Counted from the first letter of the stretch, positions 14,526 through 29,086 are shown. The stretch is DNA of 64,000 bases from Lama guanicoe (GCA_013239625.1 MU053758.1:2232001-2296000), one strand, 5' to 3'. Notes: generated by a model not told the origin, from the sequence alone. Numbers and translations: made by a program.

Positions 14526-16826
14526 CAGTGGTACATGATATATTTTTTTAAATAACATTGGAAACTTTTTATTAGTTAGCCCCCTCTCTTTTTTTTCCCC
14601 TCCCATTTTATTAATCCAAGGCCTCTGTAGATTTTCTAGAATGTATGTTTTATGGGACAGTTCTATAAAGAATTTGGTTATGAACAACTTTATGGGGTAG
14701 TCTGCCAACAGCCATACAAACGAAGAAAAACATGCTTACAGATTTAAAAACAACAACACTGATAGACACAAGCCTGTTGATACATAAGCAGAATTTTAAA
14801 TTCAGCTATCTTTTCTCTCGGGATATTCTCTTACTAGGAAGACTCTTCAATCTCTCACCTGGCTGATGGAATTCTGAAACTAGGTGAGGGAAGGAGACCA
14901 GGAGGTTCCACTGCTCAGTGTAGCACCTTAGCCCCATTCTCCTCTGGGCTTAGGGTCCTTAGTTGTGAACTTCTCAAACTCAACTCCTCCAAAGAATAAT
15001 CTCCTGACTTTTCTGTAAGGCTGATGGCAGTTATCCAACTGCTCAAGGTGAAGGGGGTGAGTATGCAGGTATGGGGGTAGGGTAGAGAGGGGTCTATCTC
15101 CCATTACAGATTTTCAGACAGTGCCCCCTGTTCTCAGCCTCCACCTGTGGTATACAGCACTTCCATGTTCGGAGTTCTTCAAGGGGTCCTGCAGACAAAT
15201 CATGATCTGCCTCTTGCCTCCTCTATAGGGTCTGACCCTCCTCTCCTCTGTTAGGCCACTTAGTATTTCTTTTTGCTTCCCTTCTTTCTATACAAGTAGG
15301 AATACAGGTCTCATGCTTTCAAAGATGGAGTTCATATGCCTATTTAGGTGATTTCCAAAAAAGCCTGTAAATAGGTTTACTTTGCTGTCTTAAAACCAGG
15401 AAGGGATTATTTTTGTAATATTTTAAGTTAAATAACCTTGAAATAGAGTCAACTCCTGTTCAAGGGCTAAATGCTGATGTTTGATGATAACTCCCAAAGG
15501 ATAATACAATTGAAATCAAGAGCTCAAATGTTTGAGTAAATTAGACTACTACTTTTTCAAACAGAGCCTACACTTTCTCATCTCTACGGCTTTTTATCTT
15601 ATACCTAGAAATCTATCCCCTGCCCCCCTTTTTAATGGTCTGCTCCAATTTCAGATCCTCTGTGAAGGCTTTGCATATACTCTGTTAGAGGTGAATGCCT
15701 CTTTCCTGCATCAGGTTTTCATGAGGAAGAACTTTCCATAAACATAGTCCTGACTTCTCTGTACTTCTTTACTTATACAGAGTACTTATCTCAACCTATG
15801 TGACTACTTAATCTTAGAAGAATGAAGAGCAAACTTGGCTCATTTCTGTTTCCACCTTTTCAAAGTGTGGAGCAAGAATTATCCACTTTTTCAGGGCAAG
15901 ACTCTCCCTTGCATAGGGAGGCCTAAGTCAATATAGCACTGCTTGGAGCCAGGTGGGTCTACCTAAAGGACTTCAGTTAAAAGGCACAATTTGACTCCCA
16001 TACTGAAAGCTGTATCCTCCAACCTGGTCTCTGTTAGTAATATAAGTGTTATTTTGACCCCAATGTGCCACTCCTGTTTTCTCTGTTTATTCAGAACTTC
16101 AGCAAGGATATGGATGCTTTACCTGAGACCTCTTCAGAAATCCAGTAATCTCTAGGTAGACATGTTCTTCTACCTTCCTATAATCTAGAGTTTTACTTAT
16201 AATTCTATTATACAGCTTAAACTTTGTCTTACTGTGTTAACTATCTTCTAACCTACTAGGCTGTAAGCTTTTAGAAAGCAAATTAACCACAGTACCTTAT
16301 ACATAACAAACCATAATATACATATCTGTTGCACTGGCTGGCTGGAGCTAAATGTTATGTCAGGTTCTACTCATTCTGAAGTCACAGCAACCACATATCA
16401 AGATTGTTAAATTGTAATTAATCTTATAACTAAGATGTTGTTTTTCCTTATCAAATTTTCTCTACAATATTTCAGGTCACTATCACCATTTCTGTTTTTG
16501 TCTATATTCTCTAGAATTTTTAAAAGCTAATTATACATCCTATAAATCTAAAATTGAAAATAACTCAGTTTACACTGAGATGAATTTAAATGAAATGGAT
16601 AAAATCTAAGCTGATATCTCAAGATAAGCCTCTATAACATGGGACAAAGACAATAACAACTCGACTTCAAGGTATTAATATGTACCATTATCAGCGACTG
16701 TAGTGGTTAAAAGTAAGTAGTATATAAAATGATTAGAAGACATGGTCAAATTAGTGGTTGTGGTCACTTTTCTGCAGAATGAAAATTAGAAATTGAGAAA
16801 GTATATTTTTAGTATAACTGGAACCA

Positions 16827-16979
16827 GGGGGAGGGTATAGCTCATTGGTAGAGTGCATGCTTAGCATGCATGAGGTCCTGGGTTCAATCCCCAGTACTTC
16901 CATAAAAAAATAATAAACAAACAAACAAACCTAATTACCCCTCCCTAACCATCCCCACAAAAAAACTCAACAAAATTAG
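16827..16979 (+). mobile_element. tRNA-Ala-derived SINE (camelid Vic-1-like)
   Basis: GGGGAGGGTATAGCTC...GGTTCAATCCCCAGTAC head, ctaattacccc body, A-rich tail, ggaacca TSD. Confidence 0.9.
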
Positions 16980-17004
16980 GGAACCAGAATCAGTTCTCTT
17001 CCAG

Positions 17005-18205
17005 AGGCAAAACATTTTCTGACATATATCTTAGCAACTTCTTCTAGGGCAGTCTTACCCAGGAAATAGAAATAAAAGCAAAAATAAACAAATGAGACCT
17101 AATTAAACTTATAAGCTTTTGCACAGCAAAGGAAACCATAAACAAAACATAAAGACAACCTACAGAATGGGAGGAAATATTTGCAAATGATGCGACTGAC
17201 AAGGGCTTAATTTCCAGAATACAGAAACAGCTCATACAACTTAAAAATAAAAAAACAAACAACCCAATTCAAAAATGGGCAGAAGACCTAAACAAGCAAT
17301 TCTCCAAGGAAGATATACAAGTGGCCAACAGGCACATGAAAAAATGCTCAATATTGCTAACTAACAGAGAAATGCAAATCAAAACTACAATGAGGTATCA
17401 CCTCACACTGGTCAGAATGGCCATCATTAAAATGATAAATGCTGGAGAGGGTGTGGAGAGAAGGGAACCCTTCTACACTGTTGGAGGAAACATAGTTTGG
17501 TGCAACCATTACAGAAAACAGAATGGAGATTCCTTAGAAAACTAAAAATAGACTTACCATATGATCTAGCAATCCCACTCCTGGGCATATATATGGAGGG
17601 AACTCTAATTTGAAAAGATACATGCACCCCAATGTTCACAGCAGCACTATTTACAATAGCCAAGGCATGGAAACAACCTAAATGTCCACTGACAGATGAA
17701 TGAATAAAGAAGATGTGGTATGTATACATATACAATGGAATATTATTCAGCCATAAAAAAGAATGAAAGAATGCCATTTGCTGCAACATGGATGGACTTG
17801 GAGATCACCATTTGAAGTGAAGTAAGCCAGAAAAAGAAAGAAAAATACTATCTGATAGCACTTATATGTGGAATCCAAAAAAAAAAAAGACAAATGAACT
17901 TATTTACAAAACAGAAACAGACTCACAGACATAGAAAACAAACTTATGGTTACTAGGGGGTAAGGCGGTGGGAAAGGATAAATTGGGAGTTCCAGATTTG
18001 CAGATGCAACTACTACATGTAAAACAGATAAACAACAAGTTTATACTGTATTACACAGGAAACTATATTCAGTATCTTGTAGTAACCCATAATGAAGAAG
18101 AAAATGAAAAGGAATATATGTATATACATGAATGACTGAAACATTATTCTGTACACTAGAAATTGACACATTGTAAACTGGCTATATGTCAATTAAAAAA
18201 TAAAA
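17005..18205 (+). mobile_element. Artiodactyl-type L1 3' portion (ORF2 end plus 3'UTR and polyA)
   Basis: ORF2 peptide ANRHMKKCS...[14 protein letters not shown]; tail cattgtaaactggctatatgtcaattaaaaaa. Confidence 0.9.
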
Positions 18206-18254
18206 TTGTGAGTTAAAAAAATCAGTTATTTTCTAAAATCTCAGATCAAAAATA

Positions 18255-19290
18255 TACTCAGAGGTGATATTAGCAAATACGGTGGGATAAAGAATTTTGA
18301 AATCCCACCTCTCAATAAAAGTTAACCACCAAAACTGGCAAAATAAAATGTTTTTGAACTTCAGAAATTAATCGAATGCAACCATCCAAGGAGTGTAACG
18401 TTTAAGAACAAAGGCTGAATCTCAGTAAGAATAGAAAGTTTTGTGGCATTTTAAGTTACCCCAACCCCCAGATCAGCAGTAGCCTTGAAAATAACAGCTT
18501 GCATTGCTGGTAACTGAGGAAGCAGAACAGATTTCATTTTTAAAGTGTTGTAATTATTTGTCTTGACTGGTCTGGCTGCACCATGGAAGACTGGCTTAAA
18601 CAGCCTGTCTCTATTTGGCCTGATCAAAGGGGGCCTAGTGCTAAAGACATTACCCAACTTTGTCCAAAACATTTATACGCAAATATTTTAATCACTGCTG
18701 CCTAAGGAACAGATGATAGTTTGGGCAAACAACAGACTAACCAATGAACTTGAGGGAAAGGGCCAGAGAATGAGATGTCCTTAAAGGTATTGAAAAGTTT
18801 CAATACATTCCTGAGTATCTAGAAGGCCACATGCATGCCCAGGGTTTTGCACATGTTCAGGAAAGACCTGAAGAGGCCTTAAGCTGTCACTTCTGGTTGA
18901 TCTTGAGGCTCTGCAGAAACAGGAAGTGAAGGCTAAGGCATAATTGTAAACTGCCTGGCTGAGTGTTGAAGGCATGCCCTAACATGTACAAAGAAGCCCT
19001 CAGCAAAGAAGGGAGAGAATTTCTGGTTCCAAGTGTTTAAGGAAATCTCTGTGCACTCATTAGCTGACTATTAAGTTAATGGAAGAGAGATTTCAGTGGC
19101 CACACATGACGAAGAATACAGACTTAACAGAATTAGTTCAGAAAAAGACACTAAACAGACAAAATAAGCTGCACCAACAAATCCAGGAGAGGAAAGAACG
19201 TGATTTCTAGAGTTGCCACATTTTAATATTCAAAGTGTTTGGCTTTCAATAAAAAATTACAAAGCATGTAAAGAAATAACTTGTAAATCA
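18255..19290 (+). mobile_element. Ancient L1M 5'-region fragment
   Basis: ggctgaatctcagtaagaatagaaagttttgtggcattttaa and tgatttctagagttgccacatt motifs typical of old L1 5' ends. Confidence 0.5.
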
Positions 19291-20419
19291 TACATATAAG
19301 GTCACACTGCTTTAAATGGTCATCTCAGCCAAAATATGAACTGATAAAACAAATTAGTTTGCCATAATTAGACATTGTATTGCATGTCAGTAATTACAAG
19401 TTGATACAATTTTAAAATAACAGATCCTTAATGTTTTATTGGAAAAACACCATTATCTCTTTCAAAAATGTCTTCAGCCCTTTCCAAGTTTTCTAAGTTT
19501 AAATTGACTTAAACATATTTTCATAAATACACGGTCTACCTTTTATTTAGGAGTTCACCATTAGGTTTTCCCCCTCAACCCAAGAGTCTTTTTTTGTTTC
19601 CTCTACTTAAGGGTGAGGTCTTCCTCCTCTGCTGATCCACCACAATTTCCTATTCAGATATAAACAGAAAAACTAATTTTAAGAAACGTTAAGAAAATAG
19701 GGCATTCTGGTCTACAGTCTCTCGCAAGCACTTCTTTTCTTCCTTCCTGCAACGAGTCCTTTAAAAGGGTAGTCTTATTTTTAAAAGTTTTTTATCTGTT
19801 TACCTCCCCTTTACCCTCAAAAAAACCCCACAAAATTTTCTTCATCTGTGATCTTTTTTCTCACATCAAACCCAAGCATTCAAAAAAATCTTACTTTGTT
19901 CCAACACAGAATATTTATAAAAATTGATGATATACAAAGAAACTTTCAAAAACCTGTTATAAGCCACTGATATATCACACATATTACAATAAATTTAGAA
20001 ATCGAAAACAAAATAGCCCCTCAAGATCAATATACCTGAAATTTTAACTACAGACAGGAAGAGCAGGGCTAAGATTTAAGCCCAGTCTTGTACCACAGTT
20101 CTGCTCAAACCCTAAAGTCCTTCTAATTATTAGGATCCAAGTCACTGTTACCCAAAGTGTGGTACTCACTTAGGAATCACTTTTATAATTTCTTAGATAT
20201 GCAAATTCATGGGCCCAGGTGATTTGCCAGCTTTCCAGGTGACTGTTAAGTGAAATGAAGTTTGAAAACCACTTCTCTAAACCATGATTCTTAATCCTGG
20301 AAAAAATCTCTGCTTTGGACTCCTTATAATGTGAGATAATGAACACCTTATTGTTTAAGCCACTAAAAAGTTTTCCTATTAGTTGCAGCTGACAGTATCC
20401 TAGCTGGCTACAAAAATGA

Positions 20420-22030
20420 ATACACAAAAATCAACACATGAACTTTATAGTTTCCTAATGATAGTAAATCCTATCATCCAGGATCCAGTTACTTCTTACA
20501 CCTCCATCACAATCAACTTCATACAAGATACTACTATTACTTTTCTGAATGACTACAAGAGCCTTAAAGGCCAGTTATACACCACTTCTCTACAAAGCGA
20601 GAGTGATCCTTTTAAAACATGAATTATACCATGTTCCTCTTCTTTTCAGAACTCCCTATAGCTTTCCTTTTCACAGTAAAATTCAGAGCTTAGGCCATTC
20701 ATGATCTGCCCTGGTCTCCATCTACCCCATCGCTTTCTGTTCTCACTCATACCTCTCTGACCATTTCCCTACCATGGTTACCCAACCTCATATGATTTGG
20801 CCACAGAGATGTACCTGTTCACTCTGTTCTTAGAATACATCAGGCACACTCCCACCTTCATTTTTGCATTCCTTTGCCTGTAATGGTCTTACCTTGCTCC
20901 ATTATTTCCTTAAGTCTGCTCAAACATTAACCTAACAGTGAGGTCTTCCTTAACTATTCTAGGTAAAATATGAACCATGTCCAGCTCCCTTCCTCTTTTT
21001 CCTGTCCCTCATTTCTGTCCATAGCACTTATAAGCATCAGACACATCATGTATTCACTTTTTAAAAAATCAGTTTCATGTAAATCTCCCTTAATTTTTAA
21101 AAAATTGAATAATAGTCCATTTACAATGTTGTGTCAATTTCTGGTGTACACCATGTTTCAGTCATACATATACATACATAGATTCCTTTTCATATTCTTT
21201 TTCATTATGGGTTACTACAAGATACTGAATATAGTTCCCTGTGCAATACAGTATAAACTTGTTTATCTATTTTATGTATAGTAGCTAGCACCTGCAAATC
21301 TGGAACTCCCAATTTATCCCTTCCCACTCGCTTCCCCCCCAGCAACCGTAAGTTTGTTTTCTGTATCTGTGAGTCTGTTTCCATTTTGTAAATAAGTTCA
21401 TTTGTTTCTTTTTCTTTTTTCTTTTTTAGATTCCACACATAAGTGCTACCACGTGATATTTTTCTTTCTCTTTCTGGCTTACTTCACTTTGAATGGTAAT
21501 CTCCAGGTCCATCCATGTTGCAGCAAATGGCATTCTTTTATTCTTTTTATGGCTGAGTAGTATTCCATTGTGTATATATACATACCACATCTTCTTTATT
21601 CAGTCATGTTGATGGACATTTAGGTTGTTTCCATGCCTTGGCTATTGTAAATAGTGCTGCTGTGAACATTGGGGTGCATGTATCTTCTCAAATTAGAGTT
21701 CCTTCCGTATATATGCCCAGGAGTGGGATTGCTAGATCATATGGTAAGTCTATTTTTAGTTTTCTAAGGAATCTCCATTATGTTTTCCATAATGGCTACA
21801 CCAAATTACATTCCTACCAACACTGTTGGAGGGTTCCCTTTTCTCCACATACTCTACAGCACTTATCGTTTGCCTTCATTAAATTTTAAACTCTATAAGG
21901 GTAGGATTTTGTGTTTTGTCCTCTTTTATAACCTCAGCATCTATAACAATATTCAGGCACATAAAAAGTGATCAAATATTTGCTGACTGAATTAATGAAT
22001 GAATATATGCAGGATCAATGAATGAAAATA
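20420..22030 (+). mobile_element. L2 LINE remnant split by a younger L1
   Basis: L2 motifs on both sides; terminal aaatatttgctgactgaattaatgaatgaat. Confidence 0.6.
21095..21868 (-). mobile_element. Artiodactyl-type L1 3' end
   Basis: Highly similar to the reverse complement of ~17440-18200. Confidence 0.9.
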
Positions 22031-22059
22031 TGCAGAAATAAAAGGAACAAAAAAACTGT

Positions 22060-23330
22060 GTAAGAGCTTAAAGGAAGAACTCCATATCATATTCATGAAT
22101 GTGAAGGAAAATATTATAAAGATATAAATTCCCTCAAATTAATGTATAAAGCCAATTAATTAATATTGAGATACTGGCAATAAAAAAATAGATGAAAGAA
22201 ACAGAATATAGTTCAAAACAGAACTTTGAGTTCATTTAATTACTTTTATGATAGAAACTGCATTTCAGAACCAGTGGGTAGAAGACAGACTAAATCATCT
22301 TAGAATAACTGGCTATCAAAATGGGGTGAAAGTTCAGTTAAAACTCTACCTTATAATATGAACTCCAGGTAGATTTAAAACTTAGGTTAGAAAAATTAAT
22401 GTAACACAAATGGAAGAATCCTTATAATCCTGGGATAGGGGACACTTTAAAACACACACACAAAGGAAACATAAAGAGACAAGCCCATTCAATGAAAACC
22501 TTTGCTAATATATGGTTAGTATTCAATATAAAGAATGCCTAAGAGGGATTTAAAAAGAAGACACAACCTAATTTTTAAAACTTGTGAAAGGTGAAACAGG
22601 CAATTTATGGAAGAAATACAATAATCAATAAAACAAGAAGACTAAGACAGGGAGACACTCAACTTCTCTACGAATGAGGGAAATACAAAATAAAACAATA
22701 AAACAGTTTCCCTTCTATCACTGAAAAATTTTAAAGTAGGAAAAATCACATGTTGGTAAAGAAGCAGAGAAACAAATTCACTCATACACAATGGGCCAAA
22801 ACATAAATTAGGAAGGCAATTTGAAAATACCTAATAAATCTAATAATCATATATTCCCTATAATCCAGAAAACCCTCTTCTTGGTATTTAACATAAAGGA
22901 ACACTTGCACATATATAAGAACACTTATTGCATGTCTGTTTGTACTGCAAAGGAGAAAACCTAAAGGTCCATTAATAGCTAACTATACAAATTAAAATAT
23001 TTAATATAATGGAATACCATGTAGCTGTTAAAAGAAATGTATCTAATAGATCTCTAAGACATAACGTAAAGTTTCAGACTGCCCAACACAGTATGAGACT
23101 ATTCGTGTAAACACATACACAGAAAAGTGATGCTACGCAAAAAAGCACAGAGAAAGACTTGCAAGGACACTCATCAAGTTTAAAACTGGTTCCTATTTCT
23201 TTAGGTGGCGAGGATCAGGGTTATGGGAAGTATAAGGAGGAATTTTTAACATACTTAAAATATTTTAATTTTTAAATAAAAATGTATTCATATATTTCTT
23301 ATATAAATTAAAACTTATATTTTAAAAAGA
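22060..23330 (+). mobile_element. Very old L1 (L1ME-like) fragment
   Basis: Degenerate ORF2-end motifs (tataatggaataccatgtagctgttaaaag). Confidence 0.55.
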
Positions 23331-25918
23331 GGAAAAAAGCAAGGTTCTGAATCTTGTATGATTTTGTTTGTCCAGTATAATTTTGTTTGTTCATTACATG
23401 AACATAGCCATACATAACAATACATACATAATTTTTTTAAAAATTCATATTAAGTAGTTAAGGGTTGTTCCACTGGAAAATGGTAGGGATGGAGGAATTA
23501 CTTTTCACTTGAAACTCACTTTAAGGTGAATAGAAAATCATACTTCAATTCCTCTTTCAAGAACAAATACTAAAGCAACAATTTAATTTAACCCCATATC
23601 CAGTCCCAAATCAGACCATAGGCCTATTCCTGTAACTGTCTTACTTTTGCAAAACAGAAGTGGGCAGAAGAAAGACATGTTCCTGAAACACACTAAACTG
23701 AGGGACCTGAAGCTACTTCAAGACAGTCAAAGAGGTTGATGCTAAAGCTAACTTTGGCTAAAACAATGGTACACCTCAGAGATTGCATACCATTTAATCA
23801 GCCATAGTCCAACTTAGCCACAGCAAATAAAAGTTACACAAAAGTGTACTTACCTAGTTCTTGGTTAAGTTTTACTTAGACTTCAAGCTGATCATTTCCT
23901 TTTTAAGAGTACCACTGCCAATAAACGTAACAACTACCTACAAATACTATTTGGCAGGCTATGAACCTTCAAACTGAATGTGTATCCAGGCCTAATTCCA
24001 CAGAAGAAAAACTTTGTTTCCAATTAAAACAGGGAGCACATATATTCTCCCCTGGTTCCCAGTCTAATGCTGAATTGAATCCTGTGGTTTTTCATTCTCA
24101 TTTTAATTCATCTCCAAAACAGTACTGTTACTGGAAATACTGACAAAACTCCAACCACCTGACAACAGCCAGAACATGTAAAGCACAGAAACTGGAGCCT
24201 AGGTAGGTATGTAGTATTGTCAAGACCAAAAAGGTAATGTAATGAGTTAATTACACATTTTTTTTGAATATATACTTGATGGCTGTTAGTAGGGTCAATA
24301 GATCTCGGCCATAACTTCAAAACCCCCCCCTTTTTTTTTATTCATAGGATCATTTTTAATGCAAATTTCACAGTGTTGAAATAATTTCAACACTCTAGAA
24401 GATGGTAATACTGTTTCTTGGTGTTCCTTCTGATATTAAAATTTTTTTGATTCTACTAAACCTACTTGATTGTTGGATTTTTAAATATGTTTATTAATAA
24501 AATGCTATATCCTAAATTTTTATTATTTTTCACTCAACAACAGTGTACTACTACCTTTCTTATATATATTATATATAGAATATCAAGAAACAATATTACC
24601 ATCTTCTAGAGTGTTTAAATTATTTCAATATATAGTATATTACTACCTTTTCTTACTATTAAAGAATAATATATTGTGTGAAATTGAGTAAAATGCTGCC
24701 CAGGCTTTATATATCAAGCCTAAGAACAAAATTTGCAAAGAGGCTGAATATGAAGCCTTATAAACTTATATTCAAGGTTCTACAAATACTTATTATATAA
24801 CTCACTCTTAGTCTTCATGAGGAAGAATTATAGTAAAGAAGATAATCAGATCAATATTACTTAATACATGAATGATATACTACTAGCTTTTGTCACAACT
24901 GTAATTTATTACACAGGTATCTGAAAGGAATTTACTACCTGGTATGGTTTATATAGAATATTTGTTCATGGTTTTTTAAGAGTTACTTAAGTTGGCTAGT
25001 AAATATGGCTAATAAGCCAAAGTACAGGTTCAATGCCTTACTTTGCAGTCCCCACAAAATTAACTTTGCTCAATTCTATGGCCACCAACTCACGTGTCAA
25101 TCTCAACCAAATATCTTGTAAATGCCTGCTAAGGATCAAAAGAAGAACAATGGGTAAATTGTTAAAAACAACTCAATCTCAGTCAGCATACCCTAGAGGC
25201 AAGTATAATAGACTTCAAGTCAATGGATTAAAAGTTCTGGTTTTTGTACTTAGCTATTTAATAATGGAAAAATAACAGCTTTTCAGAGCATCTGCTCATC
25301 TATAAAACAGCAGAGAAATATCCTCTACCTAACATAAAAGATTTTTAAAGTTCAGATGAAATTATAAATGGGAACATCCTCTTATAATGTGTAAAACACT
25401 ACATTAATTTATTAGTTGAGATAGTTCAAAATATGTCTTACTGAAGAGAGGTTTGCCAGATGCTCTACATATATGTAAGGGTCAGCATTATTCAGTCATT
25501 CATAAATTCCTTAACAAACTTATTATTTGCTTTAAAAAAAAATGGAACAATATGTGTATAACTACACACTACATAATGAATTCCTGGAACTACTGGTAAA
25601 AGTGTTACTTTCCTGTTACTTTTTTTCTAACCTTGTTTAATTTCTGCTTAAATCTCTGAGGAATGTCTAGCTTTAGATAGGAGCAGTTACTCTCATTAGT
25701 TCTATCATTTGTAGTCCTATTTTGTTTCCCTATGGATGTATCAGTAAAACCAAAGAAATTATTGATGAAAACATGCTTATCTTTTCCCTGAGTAGTTCTT
25801 GGTAGACATGGAGAGAATACACAGAGAAATAATAAGTAATTTATACTTATTATACTTATTATTTTAAAAAATAAATTCTTACACCTGACAGTATAATGCT
25901 AACATTTTTTTAAAAGCA

Positions 25919-26070
25919 GGGTGGGGTACAGCTCAAGTTGTAAAGCACATGCTTAGCATGCACAAGGTCCTGGGTTCAATCCCCAGTAACTCCTCTAAAA
26001 ATAAATAAATCTAATTACCTCCCCCCACCAACCAAAATTAAAAATAATTAAATAATATAAAAACAAAAAC
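25919..26070 (+). mobile_element. tRNA-Ala-derived SINE
   Basis: Same head, body and A-rich tail as the 16827 copy. Confidence 0.88.
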
Positions 26071-28074
26071 ACCAGGGTCAATGGAATTTGTTTTCTTTCA
26101 ATAACACTAAATAAAATGTAATGCATCTCATATGAGGATCGCAGAAATTACAAATGCTTTTCATGAAACTGGTTCTTACTTCTCTCCCATACATCACTGC
26201 ATTTATCAGAACCTACTCAATTATTTTTCTCATGCAGCTTTCTTCTTAACCAGGCTACACACTCCCTGAGGCAGAGACAATGCTTTGGAGTGGCTTTATA
26301 CCTTAATAATATCAGTATCTGATCTATAGTTGGTGCTTAATAAAATCTAAACAGATAGGTAAGGAACTCCTACCAATAGCATGCCCTGGTTTTCCATACA
26401 GAGATTTTTGGAGCCCTAGACAAGGTCAGATAAGCTTTGCTGAGTTCCCAGACACATTTTGTTCTTGATAGTTTGAAAGGCTATCTAGTGTGATGAGGCG
26501 GTTTCATTAGCGAAATTAAATGTATTTGATCATGTAAAATGTACAAACTGTAAAGTAACTTTATTTCAGGTGCTGTACATTAGATATTGCTCTTGTTTCT
26601 AGGGCTAAAACTACTAAGATAGGACAGAAACTTAAGAAGAGGTACTGGTTTTTATGCTGTCAAATTCATGGTATGTAAATCTATTTCCCCATGGAGTTCA
26701 GGTTGCAAATACCAGTTACCTTTGCATCCCTTATCCCAGTGTTTCAAGGGATTAGTATTGCACAAACAACTTCACTGGCAATTCTGATTAGCCATTCAGG
26801 TTGTTATTTCTTATCTAGTATGGAATTCAGTTGTCATAAATGAAACTTAGTTTCATTTATTCCTCCTTAATGATGTTCATTTAACTCAGGGAGAACTATT
26901 AAAAAGTTAAGAGTTCTAGGTTTAATCTGTTTGATTTTTATTGAGGTGTAATTAGCATACAACACTATATTAGGTTTAATCTTTAACTACCATTAATTCA
27001 GTTTGTACTAAGATAGGGAAACAGATATTGGAAATCTTATTTTAAAGATGTACAAAGAGAAGTGGTTTTCCCCAGTGCTCAGTGTGTGTTCACAGCTGCA
27101 CCAACATTAGGTCCCTTGAGATCTTGATTCCTATATTTAAGCCAAATTTCTCTCTCTGGACCAGAAACCGATGAGCTCAGATGAAATTTATGTCATTTAG
27201 GGCCTATAATCCACCTTTTCAGGCATATAATCTAAATACAATTATTCTTTCTTAAGGAATGTGTTGACCTCAGTAAAACTGCATTTTTTGTTGTTGTGTA
27301 GATCTAGATTTGGGAAGCTGCTTTTGTGTAACTCCAGTCAGCTGTGACTAAGAATACTGAGTATTAAGTCCCTTACCTTCCTGAAGTTACCATTCATAAT
27401 ATGTTAGAAATGTTACAGTATTAAATAAATGCTTTAAATTATCAGAGGAGACTACCAAAATATATTAAGTTTCTTTTCTACAAATGGATTACAGAAATAA
27501 GTTATGATGTGATTTTTGCAACATGAGTGTCCTTACATGAAGGAGATGTATATAGTTTTCTTAAAATCTGATAATGATGAGTCTAGGGAAAGGGTATTTA
27601 GCAGTGTGGTGCTCTTTTTCAAAAATAAATGCACTCTATTTACTTGTGCATGTTCAGTCACGCCATAGCTTTTTCCCCACAAATCAGAGAAGGAAGAATG
27701 ACCAGTTTCCAGGGTAAAAGCTGACTGATCTAGTGTTTTAAATGTCAACTTACAATTTGGTGCCAGATTCCCATTTTAGGAGACATTTATCCACATTTGC
27801 CTAACAATGAATATAATAATGGTTGCAGAATAAACTCCAGATTGAAAGACTATTAAATTATTACTGCTCAGTTACACTGATTAAAATTCATAGGTTTCTT
27901 GTTTAATAAACCCAATATATAAAACTGAATCAGATGAAAAGAGATAATTAGTTATATTCTCTCCTTTATAATAGAATTTTTCCTTTAAATAGTAAATTCC
28001 TTTAAAGCATTTAAAACAATGATTTACAAAAAGTCTATTTAAAAACACCTCCACTCCACAAATATAATAATAGG

Positions 28075-28290
28075 CATCAGTTATTGAACACTTACTGTAT
28101 GATACACCATTTGCTCGATGGTACAAAAACCATCATAGAATTTAATCTTCACAATCCGGTACAATAGATTTATACCCATTTTTTAGATACTGAAAATTTG
28201 AGACTCAGAGAGATTAAATTACATGTCTAGGGTCACACAGATGGTAAGTGGTAAAGCCAGGGTTCAATTCAGACTTCCAAGCTGATGCTC
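28075..28290 (-). mobile_element. MIR SINE
   Basis: cccattttttagat...gagactcagagagattaaatt...ggtcacacag MIR core. Confidence 0.7.
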
Positions 28291-28953
28291 TTAAATAGGT
28301 TCTATATATAAATATATAAATTCCATAAATCCTAGGATATTGAAATCATAGCACACTAAACTCCAAGATGTCACACAATCATATTCATTCCACACTCCCT
28401 TTGCAAAGGTCATTTGGACAGACATAGCGTATTTGTATACACATATACATGTACATATGGTATACATGTACATATGGCATACAAATATACCATAGTTTTT
28501 GGTTTTTTCTTCTTCCAGTGCCCGCCCCAATTTTTATCAAAATTCAAGGCAAAAACAAGCAGGAATCCAAAACAGAATGTAGGTTAAGGTCACAAAAGCT
28601 AAATATTTTGTGTTTACTAACACTTATAAGCAAAGAAATGTAAGAGTATCGACCATAAATTAAATGTTTAATCTCTAATCTACAGCAAGTTGGGGGATTT
28701 ATTTACAGAGAATCATAGAATTTCCATGCTAGAAGGAACCTTAGAGTTGAGAAAACGGAGGTCCAGAAAAGCCATATACCCAAGGTCACATAGATACCAG
28801 TGTGTATACACACACACACATAAAATACATATACATGTACTTATTTCATAGTTCAGAAACTATTTCCCCCTGTAAAATCCTAGAGACATCACCTTAATGT
28901 TTTCATTCTCTCCTACTCAAATTAATTTTAAAATTAGAACATTAAAACATATA

Positions 28954-29086
28954 GGGGGGAGGGTATAGCTCAAGTGGTAAAGCGGGTGCTTAGCATGCAT
29001 GAGGTCCTGAGTTCAATCCCCAGTACCTCCACTAAAAAAAAATTACATAGATAAACGTAATTACCCATTCCCAAAAAAGTAAAAAA
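28954..29086 (+). mobile_element. tRNA-Ala-derived SINE
   Basis: tRNA-like head with A and B boxes; aaacatata TSD. Confidence 0.9.

Noticed and set aside
16827..16902. Apparent tRNA-Ala(AGC) genes here and at 25919, 28954, 46980, 49559, 51441 and 51851
   Set aside because: Multiple diverged copies with stem mismatches, A-rich tails and, in several cases, TSDs: SINEs, not tRNA genes
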